64,000 nucleotides of DNA from the human T2T-CHM13v2.0 reference genome, Homo sapiens: NCBI RefSeq assembly GCF_009914755.1, contig NC_060935.1. The stretch is one strand, 5' to 3'. Positions 13,450 through 27,430 of the stretch are shown one piece after another. The notes beneath the pieces were generated by a model. The model had not been told where the DNA came from, searched no databases, and saw nothing but the letters and a program-made list of their open reading frames with translations. Numbering within the stretch: the stretch's first letter is position 1; every line of letters begins with the position of its first letter. Made by a program: the position numbers and the translations under genes.

Positions 13450-15042
13450 CTGAGCAGGCAGCATTAGAGGAGAGAAAAATAGTTACATTACCAATTGGAT
13501 TGGAAGACTTCCCTTCAGTTGGTCATTACCAATCTGGATAGAAAAGATGAAAAAATACATAGCCCTACTTTTTAGAATGTGTGAGAGAAAAAAAAACAAA
13601 ATAGCTCAACTAAGACTGACCTCCAAAAGCCAGATACATATGGCTTTCGCTTTGACACAAGGAACCTTGCACCAAAACCAGTAACCCTGCTCATTCAAAA
13701 ATGCAAGTACAATTACGGCTGGACTGTGTTTGTGCATCCACAACTTCACTGCATGTGTGGGCTTCGGTTTTTTTTTTTCCTTCCAAAAAAAAAAAAAAAT
13801 CTAGCAAGGGTTTCTCTGGACTTAGTAAAAAAAATCAGAATGGCCAAAGCAGAAAATATAGTAATTGAGCAAGAGAAAGAAGTGCAGATTAGGAACTAAA
13901 GGAGAAGGATGGATGGGATATTACTTCATAGCTTGTTTTCCTTGCTGGCCTGTATTTCTGTATGTTGATATACTCTTGTGAAATAATATACAGTGAGCTG
14001 AGAGTTTCATATGTTTCGATTACAGGGCTCTCATAAAGGCTGTTTAGCCTCAGTTCTTAGAGCCCTTCAAAGCTATCATATGACTACAAATGTTTAAATG
14101 TGTTTTTACATGAAGGCATGGACTAGACTATTTTTCAAGGTCCCTTCTAGCCTAGAGGCAAATAAGAAGACCAAAAGAAACATACGCTGAACGATCATGC
14201 ATGTAGAAATTGTAAAGCCTGGGAAGTTATACAAAATGTCTCTTTCATCTACTGGAAAGTACCAATATGTCTTTATGCACTCAGCTGCCATAAACATGGG
14301 TTGTAAGTCATTGGTTTTTATCAGCACAGACACTTATCCCACAAAGCCATATTGTTTTCCACACGAATCCCCTGCAGTTCCTAACTCAGAGTCAAATGCT
14401 ATTTGTGAAATAATAAGAGAAAACGCATCTGAACTGCAAGTCAGGAAAGCCCTGCAGCCGCATGGTCTGAGGCCAAGACACAGGTCCCGTGACTCAGACA
14501 CTGACTAACTCTCGAACTGACAGCTTTGGCTCAAGCTATCCGCAGGTGTGTGAACTGTACCTGCCATATCAACTTGGACACAGGTCACTTTACATTGATG
14601 AGTAATGACATTTGCCATTCTCCCCTGGGAAGCTGTAGATAAGCACATTTAGTTACCCAAAATCAACTTGAGAGCTATGATTAGGCACAAATTAGCCTGG
14701 TTTAAAATATAAATGATTATTATAACTAAAGGTACTTATTTCTCCACTTCCAATCTGTGAATTGAGGGATGCAGAGAGCTAGTCCAGGAGCTGCCAACCT
14801 CTAGGCCTCTGTGTCGTCACTAAATTGGTCAAATCTAGGACCAGCCATGCCAGCCTGCCATGGGACACAGAGACATTGAGAAATAGTGAACACTTTCTTT
14901 CAAAATAAGGGGATCGAGCATGTGACAGGCTAGATGCAAGATTTCAGAGAGGAAGGTGAATAGGTTAGAAAACCACCAGAGAGCTGGTGGTGGGAGGAAG
15001 ATGAGCGGCTGGTGCCAGGAGCCGCCGGCTTTCCCCACTTAC

Positions 15043-15285
15043 TCGGATGCGCTTGGCTCTGCGCATGTCGTCGGCTGTCAGCGTGCTCTGGGTGGGCACC
15101 ACGCTCTCTTCATGCTGCGGCTGCAGGTGCAGGGTGTGAGTTTCTGGTTCATGTTCCAGGGAAGACTGGGTTTCTTGTGGCAGCTGAGGGATTGGGATAG
15201 TGGTCTGTTCTGGTTGATCCAGCCCATTCAGAGTGGCTGGTTCAGCCTCATCAAATTGCTCCTTTGTGGGAAAATGTAGCAAGTC
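15043..15285 (-). CDS. PRDM10: PRDM10 coding exon 10 (DLLHFPTK...RRAKRIR), 243 nt
   Basis: TTTCAG|GAC acceptor, CGA|GTAAGT donor; ORF 14965..15282. Confidence 0.94.
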
Positions 15286-15565
15286 CTGAAATTTGCAATA
15301 ACCAGGAATAGAGATCAGTGCCGGAGGGACTGTCAGCTCAGATTTAGAATTGCTGCTTATTTCAGAATGACTAGATTCATAATACTCAGAAAAAATATTC
15401 TCCCTCTGGGAAAGTTAATTAGGTAACTATGCACAGAAGGCAAAAGCAGGAGAGGTTCCACACCACTTAACAAGGAAAAGACTGTGATCTGACTTTTCTG
15501 GAATACCAATAATTTTAATTGTTTAAACTAATTAAACAAAGTCCACCTCTACTAACTCTGGTCAA

Positions 15566-15893
15566 TTTTATTTATTTATTTATTTTTATTTTATTTTATT
15601 TTATTTTTTTTTGAGACGGAGTCTCGCTCTGTCCCCAGGCTGGAGTGCAGTGGCGCGATCTCGACTCACTGCAAGCTCCGCCTCCCGGTTCACGCCATTC
15701 TCCTGCCTCCGCCTCCCGAGTAGCTGGGACTACAGGCGCCCGCCACTGCACCCAGCTAATTTTTTTTGTATTTTTAGTAGAGACGGGGTTTCACCGTGTT
15801 AGCCAGGATGGTCTCGATCTCCTGACCTCGTGATCCGCCCACCTCGGCCTCCCAAAGCGCTGGGATTACAGGCATGAGCCACTGCGCCCGGCC
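15566..15893 (-). mobile_element. AluY
   Basis: CpG-rich with Y diagnostics; TSD approximately AA(C/G)TC(T/C)GGTCAATTTT. Confidence 0.92.
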
Positions 15894-16127
15894 AAGTCCG
15901 GTCAATTTTAAATCTTTAGAGCAGCAAAGTTGGGTTTTTGTTGTAGGTAACACTTGAAAATACATTCTTTTCTGGCATTATCCAATCATTCTTTAATTAA
16001 CAGGCAGCAAGGTCTGATAGGAAAGGTCTACAAACATTGGGAAGGTCTTTGTACTTAGGTCTCGTCAGGGATCTGGCGAGTCCTCCACACAAGCACCTAA
16101 GGAGGGCTCCTTCCCGTCCCCCCGTAC

Positions 16128-16257
16128 CTGTGTCCCATCGTCACTCTTTTCCCCATTTTCGCTGGTGATTTCCAGGCGGATAAATTTTGGAGGACGCCCC
16201 GGCCGTCGACCTGGACCGAATCGCCTCTTGCCTCGTCCCCTTCCTCTGCCTCTTGTT
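16128..16257 (-). CDS. PRDM10: PRDM10 coding exon 9 ([24 protein letters not shown]...DDGTQ), 130 nt
   Basis: CCCCAG|A acceptor, CAG|GTACGG donor. Confidence 0.93.
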
Positions 16258-16756
16258 CTGGGGACAAGAGATTGGGTTACAGGTCGTCATGGTTACATAA
16301 TACTCCATAACAAGTAGCGACCTAAATGATCCTTACTAACCCCAGAGTTTGATTCCTCTCACCTTATTACTTTCCCAGATTTTCTCCAATAGAAACAACT
16401 GTTTTACTAATATACACTTTCTGAATGTCTCATCCTTCCCCTCTATTAGAGCTTAAAGATATGTCTTCAATTATTCTGAAGAAAAGAGCTATAAAAATTC
16501 AAAGCACTGACAATATTTTGCTTCTGAAATGATGTGAGAAAGGCAGACAGGACAGAACATGCTAAGCCTTTGAGCGTGTTCCCAGGAGATGTCATCTGAG
16601 ACAAGATTCCCATTATTTCTCTCTTTTTCCCCTGGCCTCGCCTCATATTCCTTCCAAGAAATGTGGCCAAATTCAAACAACTTTCTTGTTTTACTACAAG
16701 CTTCTGGAAGGTCAGAACAAATTTCTAATTCAATTGTTTCATAACATGCCTAGTAA

Positions 16757-17084
<328 letters not shown>

Positions 17085-19126
17085 ATGAATTGCCAACAAA
17101 CACAAATTCCTTAATAAAAGAGGCTTAAAAAAGTAGGTTATGAAAGCTTCTTTTAGAAGATATGTATGTGGGAAGTGTACAATGTCAATCAGATCAAATT
17201 TTATTCTTCCACTCATCCATTTAATAATTTAACAAATACTATATATTTTTTCCAGGAACTTTGAAAAGACTCTTCATGTTGGAAAATTCTGAACCTAGGT
17301 GAATGTAGAGAATAGCACGATGAGCCCAATGTACCCATAACCCAATTCCAACATTTTTCAAACCATGGCCAACATTTTCCATCTATATCCCCACCACTTG
17401 CCCACACACATACCCAGTAGATGACTTGGAAGCAAATCCCAGATATCTTTTCATCTCTAGATATCTTGGCATGTCTCTCTGAATCATAAGAACTCTTTAT
17501 ATATATATGACCACAATACCATTATCACACCTGAGAAATATCTGAGAGTTGCTGAGTATTATTATATCTAGTCAAAGTTCAAATCTTCCTAGTTGTCCCA
17601 GGTTTCTCTTAACAGTTGGCTAACAAACATATTACCTACTGTGTATCACATACTGGGCTAGGCACTAAGGACATCAGATTACAGGCAACAGATTTTACCC
17701 TCAGGGGTCTAGAAAAGGGAGCTGGCATATAAACCAAAAATCACAATATAATATAAAAAATGCTACAATAGAGCCATGAACAGAGTTTTGGAGATTCCCA
17801 GGAGTGACTCAAATCTCACTGTGTCCACCCCCTCCTTAGACATTTACCCCTGTGGTCACATTCTAGACCCTGTCACCTTTGTAAGCCTCTTCACGCCAAT
17901 CCCATGCACTGCCCACTCGGACACTACCCTGGCTCTGTAGTTTACTCCCTCTAGTACCCAGCACTCAGCAACCCTTCAGCCACGCGAGCATCTCCAGTTC
18001 AATCCTTCCGGTGCTTTCGTGCAGCTCTGCATCACTGCCTTGATGTTCTCTCCCCTTCTTCCACAGCATACGCTCCAAGGTCATCCACTGGAACCACTCC
18101 CTCGTGCGTGCTCTCAGTTCCCATCCCATGGCTGCTCTGTTTTCTCAATGTGTGTTATGAGCACTTGGCAAAGCCACAACCCTGTGTAATTCAATTCCCT
18201 GCCTGCTCTGCACCAGCATCCCTGCAGCTGAATGAAGCTGGAGAAAACGCACAGCCATGCTAGTGGGCTCACTTTCATTTCATAACCATGAACCCCAAGT
18301 GGGCATTTAATAGAGTGGGCAATTGTATGGTACTTCCCTAGAACATTCGCTTTCCCACTTACCCAACTACCATCTCACACATCTCCTCTCTTTCCAAACC
18401 CTAGAAAAGCTGGCAACCCTACATCTGTCCCCCTGGCATGAGCCTACTCCAAACCACCCTCATTCCTCCCCCAAACTATTGTGATAGATGCTAACAGGAC
18501 TCCTTGTCTTCACTCTTACTCTAATATAAGCTAGTGATTATTTTTTTCCAGGTGTTATTTTTATCCAAAATGGTTTTCAAAAAAAAAATACAATCAACAT
18601 CACAATACTCCCCGACCAAAACCCTCTAAAGACTTCTCATCACACTTGGAATAAAATCTAAATTTCTTACCATTTCCCATAAGGCCCTACCTGATCTGGC
18701 CCCTGCCCACTTCATCCCATATGATTCTCCCCTCATCTGTCTTTTTTATATAGTGGAATTAAACATATGACTTGGTTTGATTAAGTAATTGTACTGCTGA
18801 AAAAAGTCTGAAAATCAGAGATGCAGATTATTTTAAAGGTATGTCCTATCTCAAAAATTCCTATTTCGGAATCTCCAATTAAGGGAGATTTACCTAAGGT
18901 GAAAGCATCTCCCATTGCTGGGTATTGGTTATGCTGGAAAAGACGGATAATAGTAAATGAGGAGCAGAGGGAAAAGGAGATGACAGGTAACACCGTTCCC
19001 TCAGTAGCCCACCTGGTTACCTATCTATACATGACACTCGGAGACACTCATTAGCTAGTGGACAATATAGAAATGATTCTGAACCTTTATGAACTCAGTC
19101 TGTGAGCATTTCTCCCTCATACATAC

Positions 19127-19244
19127 CTGCTAAACACATCTAGTTTCTCATCATGAGAATTGAGATGCTGTTGCAACTGCTCCGAGCTTATAAATCGGCG
19201 GTTACATTCATAGCAGGGCCAATTCTTCTCTTGCTCTCGAAGAA
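19127..19244 (-). CDS. PRDM10: PRDM10 coding exon 8: first C2H2 finger ([10 protein letters not shown]...HLNSH), 118 nt
   Basis: CTGTAG|TT acceptor, AG|GTATGT donor; phases match neighbours. Confidence 0.93.
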
Positions 19245-19832
19245 CTACAGTCACAGGAGAGAAATCATAAAGGCTGATGACCAATAGACACCAGTAAAAC
19301 TCAAAAGTCTGCGATCCCCACCATTCTTATCTTGCTGCAGCCCAAAGAGTTCATAACTATATAGTATCTGCTATTTGCATTACTGTTCTATCAAATCAAA
19401 AGCTAAAATTTGGCAGAGAGTTGCTTTTTAGGATCTTATTTTCTAATGCATCCATACAAGACATCAAAGGAACAAGTACCCTCACATCACCCTCTCACAG
19501 TCCTCAAAACACACACACAACTTCACCACACCGAAAACACATAAGATGTTACAAAGATCTGTGTTCAGATAACCTAGCGATTCAGACCCAGGTTTCCTAA
19601 TCTGAGGGTATATTTTAGCACAAATAACTTAAAAGTCAATGCCCAGTATAATTAGTTTAGCAAAATGTTCAGAAGCATCCCCTAAGTTGAATATAGGCAT
19701 ATCCATGACCCAGCAACTCCACTCCTACATACATACCCAACAGAAATGTGCACATATGTTCACTAAAAGACATATAAGAATGCTCACAGCAGCACTCTTC
19801 AAAATAGCCAAAAACTAGAAACAATCTCATCA

Positions 19833-20900
<1,068 letters not shown>

Positions 20901-21624
20901 CAACCAAATCTACAGTAAAATGGATACATCAACTGTTTTACATTCATACACTAGAATACCAAATGAGAATAAATAAATTGTATACACAAATGTGGATGAA
21001 TCTCACAAATACCATGTTGAGCAAAAGATGCCCAGGCACAAAAAGTGTACATATCATATAATTCTATTATGCACAATTTGTTAACAAGCATATCTTATGT
21101 GTGGTACTAGAAGTCAGGAGAGAGTTACGCTTGGGAGTGAGTAGGAATTAGAAGGCAGCACAAAGAAACTTCTAGGGCACAGTAACGCTGTTTCTTGATC
21201 TGGGTGCAGGTTACATGGGTGTGTTCACTTTGTGAAAATTTAAGCCATATACTTATGATGTGTGCAGCTTTCTGTATGTAGATTATACTTCAGTGACATT
21301 TGCATTAAAAACAAAGCCAATGCCTGCCTTGGTATATCCTCAGAGATGATAAAATCTGGATAGGAATCGTCCTCTGATCTAGGTTCTAATTTGGTATTTG
21401 GAAGTCTTCATTATATTAAATATTATTTTCCAGCACACATGAAAGAAATGTAAATGTCATTGTAGTTTGACACTGAATTAGATGGAGATGTGTGTCTCTA
21501 AAAAACCTACTGGAATAACTTCTGAAATATACTGAGACAAAAAAAAAATTAGAGGTTTCATAAAGATGTGATATATACAATTTAGAATTCATATAGAAAA
21601 TGTAAAACATAAACGTCTAACCAC

Positions 21625-21697
21625 CTTTCCTTTCTTCCTCAGAAATGTCATGAATTTTCTGGTTCACGAACTCAGCATAGGATGCGGCATACCACAC
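21625..21697 (-). CDS. PRDM10: PRDM10 coding exon 7 ([24 protein letters not shown]), end of the PR domain, 73 nt
   Basis: TTGCAG|GTG acceptor, G|GTGGTT donor; completes the ELKVWY motif. Confidence 0.93.
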
Positions 21698-22049
21698 CTG
21701 CAAGAAGCAAGTATATCATCAAGAACTGGGGACATCACCAGATGTTCTTTGCATGCTTAAATTATTTCTCCTGCTTACAGGAAACAATTCAGGCTTTTCC
21801 ACAGCCCATTAACAATGGAAAAAAAGATCATGCTGTGAGCTCCCCTTGCAATACCTTTCCAGCAGATCAGTCAGGAAGTTCATTTGCCAAGACGCACTGC
21901 CTGTTTTCTTTTTCAGAAAATGGTTTCTGTTACTAGAATAACTTCACAAGAATTATAATCATAGTCTCTTCAACTAAATAAAACAGCCTCCCCTGATTTC
22001 TTATCTATATTTAAACACTGGTTTTTACAGGGTTGTAGTCATAGTGGTT

Positions 22050-23320
22050 GCCACCAAACAGCCCTTACTGGGGTCACCAATGACACCTTCCAAGGCAACC
22101 ACCTTCTCCCGCCCACCCACTGGCTACTTCTGCTCACTCTGTTGGCCTCTTTTTTTTTTCTCCCTAACTTCTAAATATTGGTGTGGCTCAAAGCTTAGTC
22201 AGAGTGTAGGGACTTCTTATTTTGACCTCAGGTGGCCACATTCATTTCCAACCAACTCTATGCTAATGAATCCCAAATTAATATCTCCATCCCAGACTCT
22301 CTCTGTTCCCTCTGAGTGTGTTTGACTGGATGTTTTAGATGTCTCACAAACAGATCAAACTCAGCATGTCCAGAATGGAATTCTCAATGCTTTCCAACTC
22401 ACACCTCCACCCATCTTCCCCATCTTGATGAATACCTTCCACCCAGTTGCTCAGACTTGAAACCTGAAAGGTGCCTTTGATTCCTCCGCTTGCTTCTATA
22501 TGCCTTTAGCAAGGACTACCGCTCCCTCGATTGTTCTCCGTCCCCGCTTTTGCCACCCTGATGCATGCCAAGACCATTTCTTGCCTGGATGGCCACTTGG
22601 CCTTCTGACTGGCCTCTCCTTTTCTCTGCAATTTACACAGTAGCCAGAGTGGTCTCCTCAAATCCCAGTTACCCCAGTTGGATCATTACACATCATATAC
22701 AGGCATCAAAATATCACGTGTATCCCAAAAATATGTACAACTAACATGTATCAATAAAAAGAACACACAATCAGATCTTGTCATGCAGGCAACGGCTTCT
22801 CGTCTCATAGTAAACCTGAAATGTTTGTGATAATCTCCAAAGGGCTCCACAATCTCCCCAACCTGGAAAAGCAAACTCAGCCCTTGTCAGTCTCCCTGAC
22901 CCACGCTTCAGTCAACAGGGCCTGCTTTCAACTGCTCAAACATGCCAAGTGCTTCACCATCCCAAGTCTTCAGCCCTGCTGTTTCACCCCCACAAGTGCT
23001 GGGCTCTTTGCCCTCACCCCTGCCCTAACCCTCTGTAGTGCTGGCCCCATTCCATAGTTCTCAGCCTCAGTAGAGCCTCGTCAGCAGGGCCTTCCCCAAC
23101 CATCACATCAAAATCGGTCCCTTTCTTGTTACCTGCTCTTCCTGCACCATCTGTTTCCTTCATGGAACTTACCCCATGAGTTATTATTTGCTTGTTTACA
23201 TCTTTCTGTCCATGTCTGCTCTAGAATACAGGTTCCCTGAACATAGGGAGCTGGTCTATGTTTTCTAGGGTCTCAAACACAGTAAGAGTTCAATATATCA
23301 ATTACCAAATGAATTAATCA
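22050..23320. mobile_element. Degenerate L2 remnants
   Basis: L2-like motifs (AAACTCAGCATGTCCAGAATGGAA; CCAGTTGCTCAG; 3' end near 23300). Confidence 0.55.
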
Positions 23321-23599
23321 TATATGATTTTTATGGATTATTTTAAATATATGGAAATATTTATAAAGACATTTTATTTTTTACTGTGGAATAATAGTCT
23401 ACATAGTCTGTATTCTATAATTTAATTAACTATGCCCCTGTAGTTGCACTTTTAGATGGATTATCATTTTACTATTATAAATCCTACCCTGATCAATTCC
23501 AAGGTGTATTTTTAAATATTTTCACAGGTCAGAAGTCAGGATGTGTTTCACACTCTAGGGCCTTCTACAGTCATGGCCACGATGGAGCTCTTGCTACCT

Positions 23600-24336
23600 G
23601 CTCACTGCTCCTGCACAAACCTGGTCAAGCTCTTTGTACTGTTCTCACCTCATTCAGCTGTAAGCCCACTGACACCCCATGAGTGAACACGTGCCAAGCA
23701 ATGCAAATGAAGGCCAAAAAGATCTGCCATTTCCTTCAGAACAAACACAAGAAATCTGAAAGCCATGCAAGGCTGGCGTGCATCCTGCAGGGCTTCTCAG
23801 TAAGGCATCAGCTGTCAGAAACTTCCTACAGGCTTGATCCAAAGCCTCTCCACTTCAAGGATACGTGAGTCAATTGAGGAAAAAGACACAGATGAGTTCA
23901 ATCAAATGGGAAAGCACAGTATCAAAACTTGCAGGAAGGTGATCAGTGGCTTGAGGGAACATCCCAGGGGCAACAGCAGAACACTTATTTTTAAAATATT
24001 GCAGCTGCTTCACATTCTCAATGGCACAGAAGATGACAGCACACAGAAAGGCACAAACATCCACAATGAAGTCAAACAGTGATGCAGGAAAAAGAATTCA
24101 GGCTCTGCACACAAAGTGGTTTATACCTCAACCAATTTATTTTGCTTCAGTGTGTCTTTTTATGAATGCACAAGTATGATGTAATTTTAAAATTATGTCA
24201 AAATAAGTCTAAAATAGCTCCTTCTAACCATTTTTTATTTTTAAAAAGCACTGTAATAGGTAGCTTTTTTTCTTAATGGTGCATAAAATAATAGTGCATC
24301 CTAAAATCATTGGTATCAGGGTCAGTGAAATACAGT
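23600..24336 (+). mobile_element. Pogo/Tigger-like DNA transposon remnant
   Basis: Decayed transposase end (...LNGTEDD) and terminal GTGAAATACAGTA; related to the element at 50322. Confidence 0.55.
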
Positions 24337-24586
24337 AGAGTCTAGTACTGTCTTCTTTTTATAACTATTTCCTCTGATTAACATTCAATGATTAGATTTA
24401 CTCAGCCAAGAATATTTTTGCTATATACTTCCAGAAATGTTTTATGAAATGCAATTCTACAATTGACATTCCTATTTTTTCAACATTCACATTCATTGTA
24501 CTGTATCCATTTATTTTTGCTAATTTAAATATAAATAGTAGCTCATAGTTATTTTGACGGTTTTAAAAATTATTAATGTTGAAAAA

Positions 24587-24722
24587 TTTTTTTAACTTTT
24601 TAAAGTTCCAGGGTATATGTGCAGGATGTGCAGATTTGTTACATAGGTAAACATGTGCCATGGTGATTTGCTGGACCTATCAACACATCATGTAGGTATT
24701 AAGCCCAGAATGCATTTGCTAT
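24587..24722 (-). mobile_element. L1PA 3' end fragment
   Basis: GTGCAGGATGTGCAGATTTGTTACATAGGTAAACATGTGCCATGGTG. Confidence 0.85.
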
Positions 24723-25573
24723 TTTCTGTTTTAAAACTTTTTTTTACTATTTGTTTCCTCCTCCAGATAAAGTCAATTCCTGACATTTGTTCATTTGTCC
24801 ATCTGGGTGCAGTGAGGTCTGTCAGTTTTGAAAGTTGAACCTTTTAATGTGTATTACAAATATTTCCCCCTTTCTGTTGTTTCCTTTTTGTTTTATGGTT
24901 GTTCATTAGACTGAACTGTTATATTCTTATTTGTTTCTCTCCAACTTTATAGTTCTATCTACTGGTTTAAAAGAGAAAATCTGCCCTTCACAGTTAACAA
25001 ATATTCACCTCAGTTTTTTTTCTAATCAGGAATTTATTGGCATACATGGTATGAGATAGGAATCTCCTTTTACATGTTTTCTTTGGGGTTTATGGATTCT
25101 CTAGCTGATGGTTTCAAAAACAGAGGTTCTGCATACCTTTTGAACAAAATCCAGGATTCTTTCTCCCTCAAAAGAGGTATCCATTTCTAATTTGTACCAT
25201 ATGGAGGCACTGTGCAATTCAGTGTTTGTGTACTTATATGATCATTTCTTGCCTATTTTTCATTTATATCAGGAAGCTAAAGAGTATTTTGATCCCCTCT
25301 TTTGGCATGTTCTTAATATAAGCTTTATTTTAAAAAAGGAATTTTCATTTAGAATCATAGCAAAATTTTATTATGTCATCAAGAATTATTATTTAGATAA
25401 ATTTCAATAGTTATTACCCCAAAATATATTTATGAAATCAGAAGTCGGCACATAGGATCCTTTGAGTAAAACATTCATACAAAGAAAAAAATCTTGCCCA
25501 TACATCTAAACATCTGTTTCCCAACTATGGAGTGTGTAAATGAAGTTAACCGACATCTTTAATCACTCCGTCA

Positions 25574-25939
25574 CAGATATACACGCGTTCCTGTCAATGG
25601 TTTGACTTACAAGTTTTTGACATGACGATGGTGTGAGAGTGAGATGCGTTCAAGTAGAAATCGTCTGAGTGCCCATACAGCCATTCTGCTTTTCACTTTC
25701 AGTACAGTATTCAATACATGACATGAGATAGTCAATACTTTCTTATAAAATAGGCACGGTGTTAGATAATTTTGCCCAACTGTAGGTTAATGCAAGTGTT
25801 CTGATCACATTTAAGGCAGGCCAGGCTGAGGTATGATATTCGTAGGTTGAGTGTATTAAGTACATTTTCAGTTTACAATATTTTCAGTTACACTGGGGCT
25901 TATTGGGATCTAACTCCATCATAGGTAGAGGAGCATCTG
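25574..25939 (-). mobile_element. MER47A-like Tigger MITE, about 366 bp
   Basis: Minus strand starts CAGATGCTCCTCTACCTATGATGG; body matches recalled consensus. Confidence 0.75.
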
Positions 25940-26005
25940 TACTGGTCTACTCCCCAAAACTACCACCTCCTTACCCCTGGACCTCATGCTTTCACGTTGG
26001 CTCTG

Positions 26006-26221
26006 CGCAATCTCCTGGTTCAAGCGATTCTCCTGCCTCAGCTTCACAAGTAGCTGGGATTACAGGCACCCGCCACCATGCTCGGCTAATTTTTGTATTT
26101 TTAGTAGAAATGGGGTTTTGCCATGTTGACCAGGCTGGTCTTGAACTCCAGACCTGAAGTGATCCAACTGTCTCAGCCTCCTGAAGTGCTGGGATTACAA
26201 GTGTGAGCCACCATGCCCGGC
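26006..26221 (-). mobile_element. AluS lacking its 3' end
   Basis: Reverse Alu with no tail. Confidence 0.85.
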
Positions 26222-26452
26222 TTCACATAGGCCCTTTGATTAGCATAAAAGCCATATACTTTTCATTCTATTTACAGGATTATGACAGTGTGTACTACAT
26301 GGTAGCTACTCAATAAGTATGTGAATAACCAGAAAATGACCCCCCTCCCCCTTTTTTGTTAAACAAACCCACTTTAGGAAAATAAAATTGCAAAAAGCCC
26401 TAAACAATCACTCTTGCTAGCAAATAGCAGCACGGGTCAGGCAGCACTGTAC

Positions 26453-26656
26453 CTTCAGTTCCTGCTTGGGCTCCACATTTTTTATGGTTGTATAATACAC
26501 ATGGTGGCCATACTGGTAAGCCACCAGGTTCTGCTCCAGGTGATTCTGGGCTGGCCGTACAAACATCATCCAGTTACAAAGCGTCTCATCAGACAACTCA
26601 AACCATAGGTCTTCATGTAAATCCCTTTCTTTCCTGTCCCCTTTATCAAGAGAAAC
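26453..26656 (-). CDS. PRDM10: PRDM10 coding exon 6: PR/SET core ([10 protein letters not shown]...EQNL), 204 nt
   Basis: GCAG|GTT acceptor, AAG|GTACAG donor; PR signature NWMxFV. Confidence 0.95.
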
Positions 26657-27430
26657 CTGCACGAAAAAAAAGCCACACCAAAAACAAAACAAAACCTTCA
26701 ATATGAGACACATTTTATAATGTCACAATACGCAAAATATTGCTTCTAAAATTAACTATACATCCTGGCTCTTTCCTTTGTATCTGCAAAAATCCTAGAC
26801 CTATGACTTGCCAAATGTCAAAGGGAAAAGATACTTTCTGAAGCCTCAACTGTAGGAAAATTAGCTGGCAAAATCTAAAAGTTCATCTAATTGCATAGCT
26901 TTAGTTAATATTTCACAAAACATGATAAAAATGCTATAAATATGCCAGAAAATGCAAGCAAAATACTCTCTAGCTCATTACAATTTGCCTCCTTTTGGGG
27001 TTTCATTGCATTCATTTATAATAGGCAGCCCAGGGATAGGCATTTCTCTTTACAAAGTAATATTCTTGCTAGGAGATTTTGAGAACACAAAGAAAATCTC
27101 CCCATGACAGCAGATGACTTGTCAAAAAACACATCCCAAATATTCACCCCTTCCCACTGCCCTTTCCTAGTTCTCTGGAGTGGTTATCCACAAAGCAAGT
27201 AGTAGAGAGGGCTGGACAGAAACAAAAGGGTCAGCTGTAAAGAGATGACTATAAACATACTTCACCATACAGGGAGCTATTCTTTAACCAGAGTCTACAG
27301 GTCAGACCTGTTTCAAAACTACAAAGTGGTTTTCTTGCAAACATTACTGGCACACAGCAGATTACATTAAGCCTACATAATTCTCTTTGCATTCCAGTCA
27401 AAATTATTTTAAATAAAGAAAGCAAGCCCC

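Noticed and set aside
23834-24082. ORF with a transposase-like NGTEDD ending
   Set aside because: A decayed pogo/Tigger remnant with no intact DDE domain
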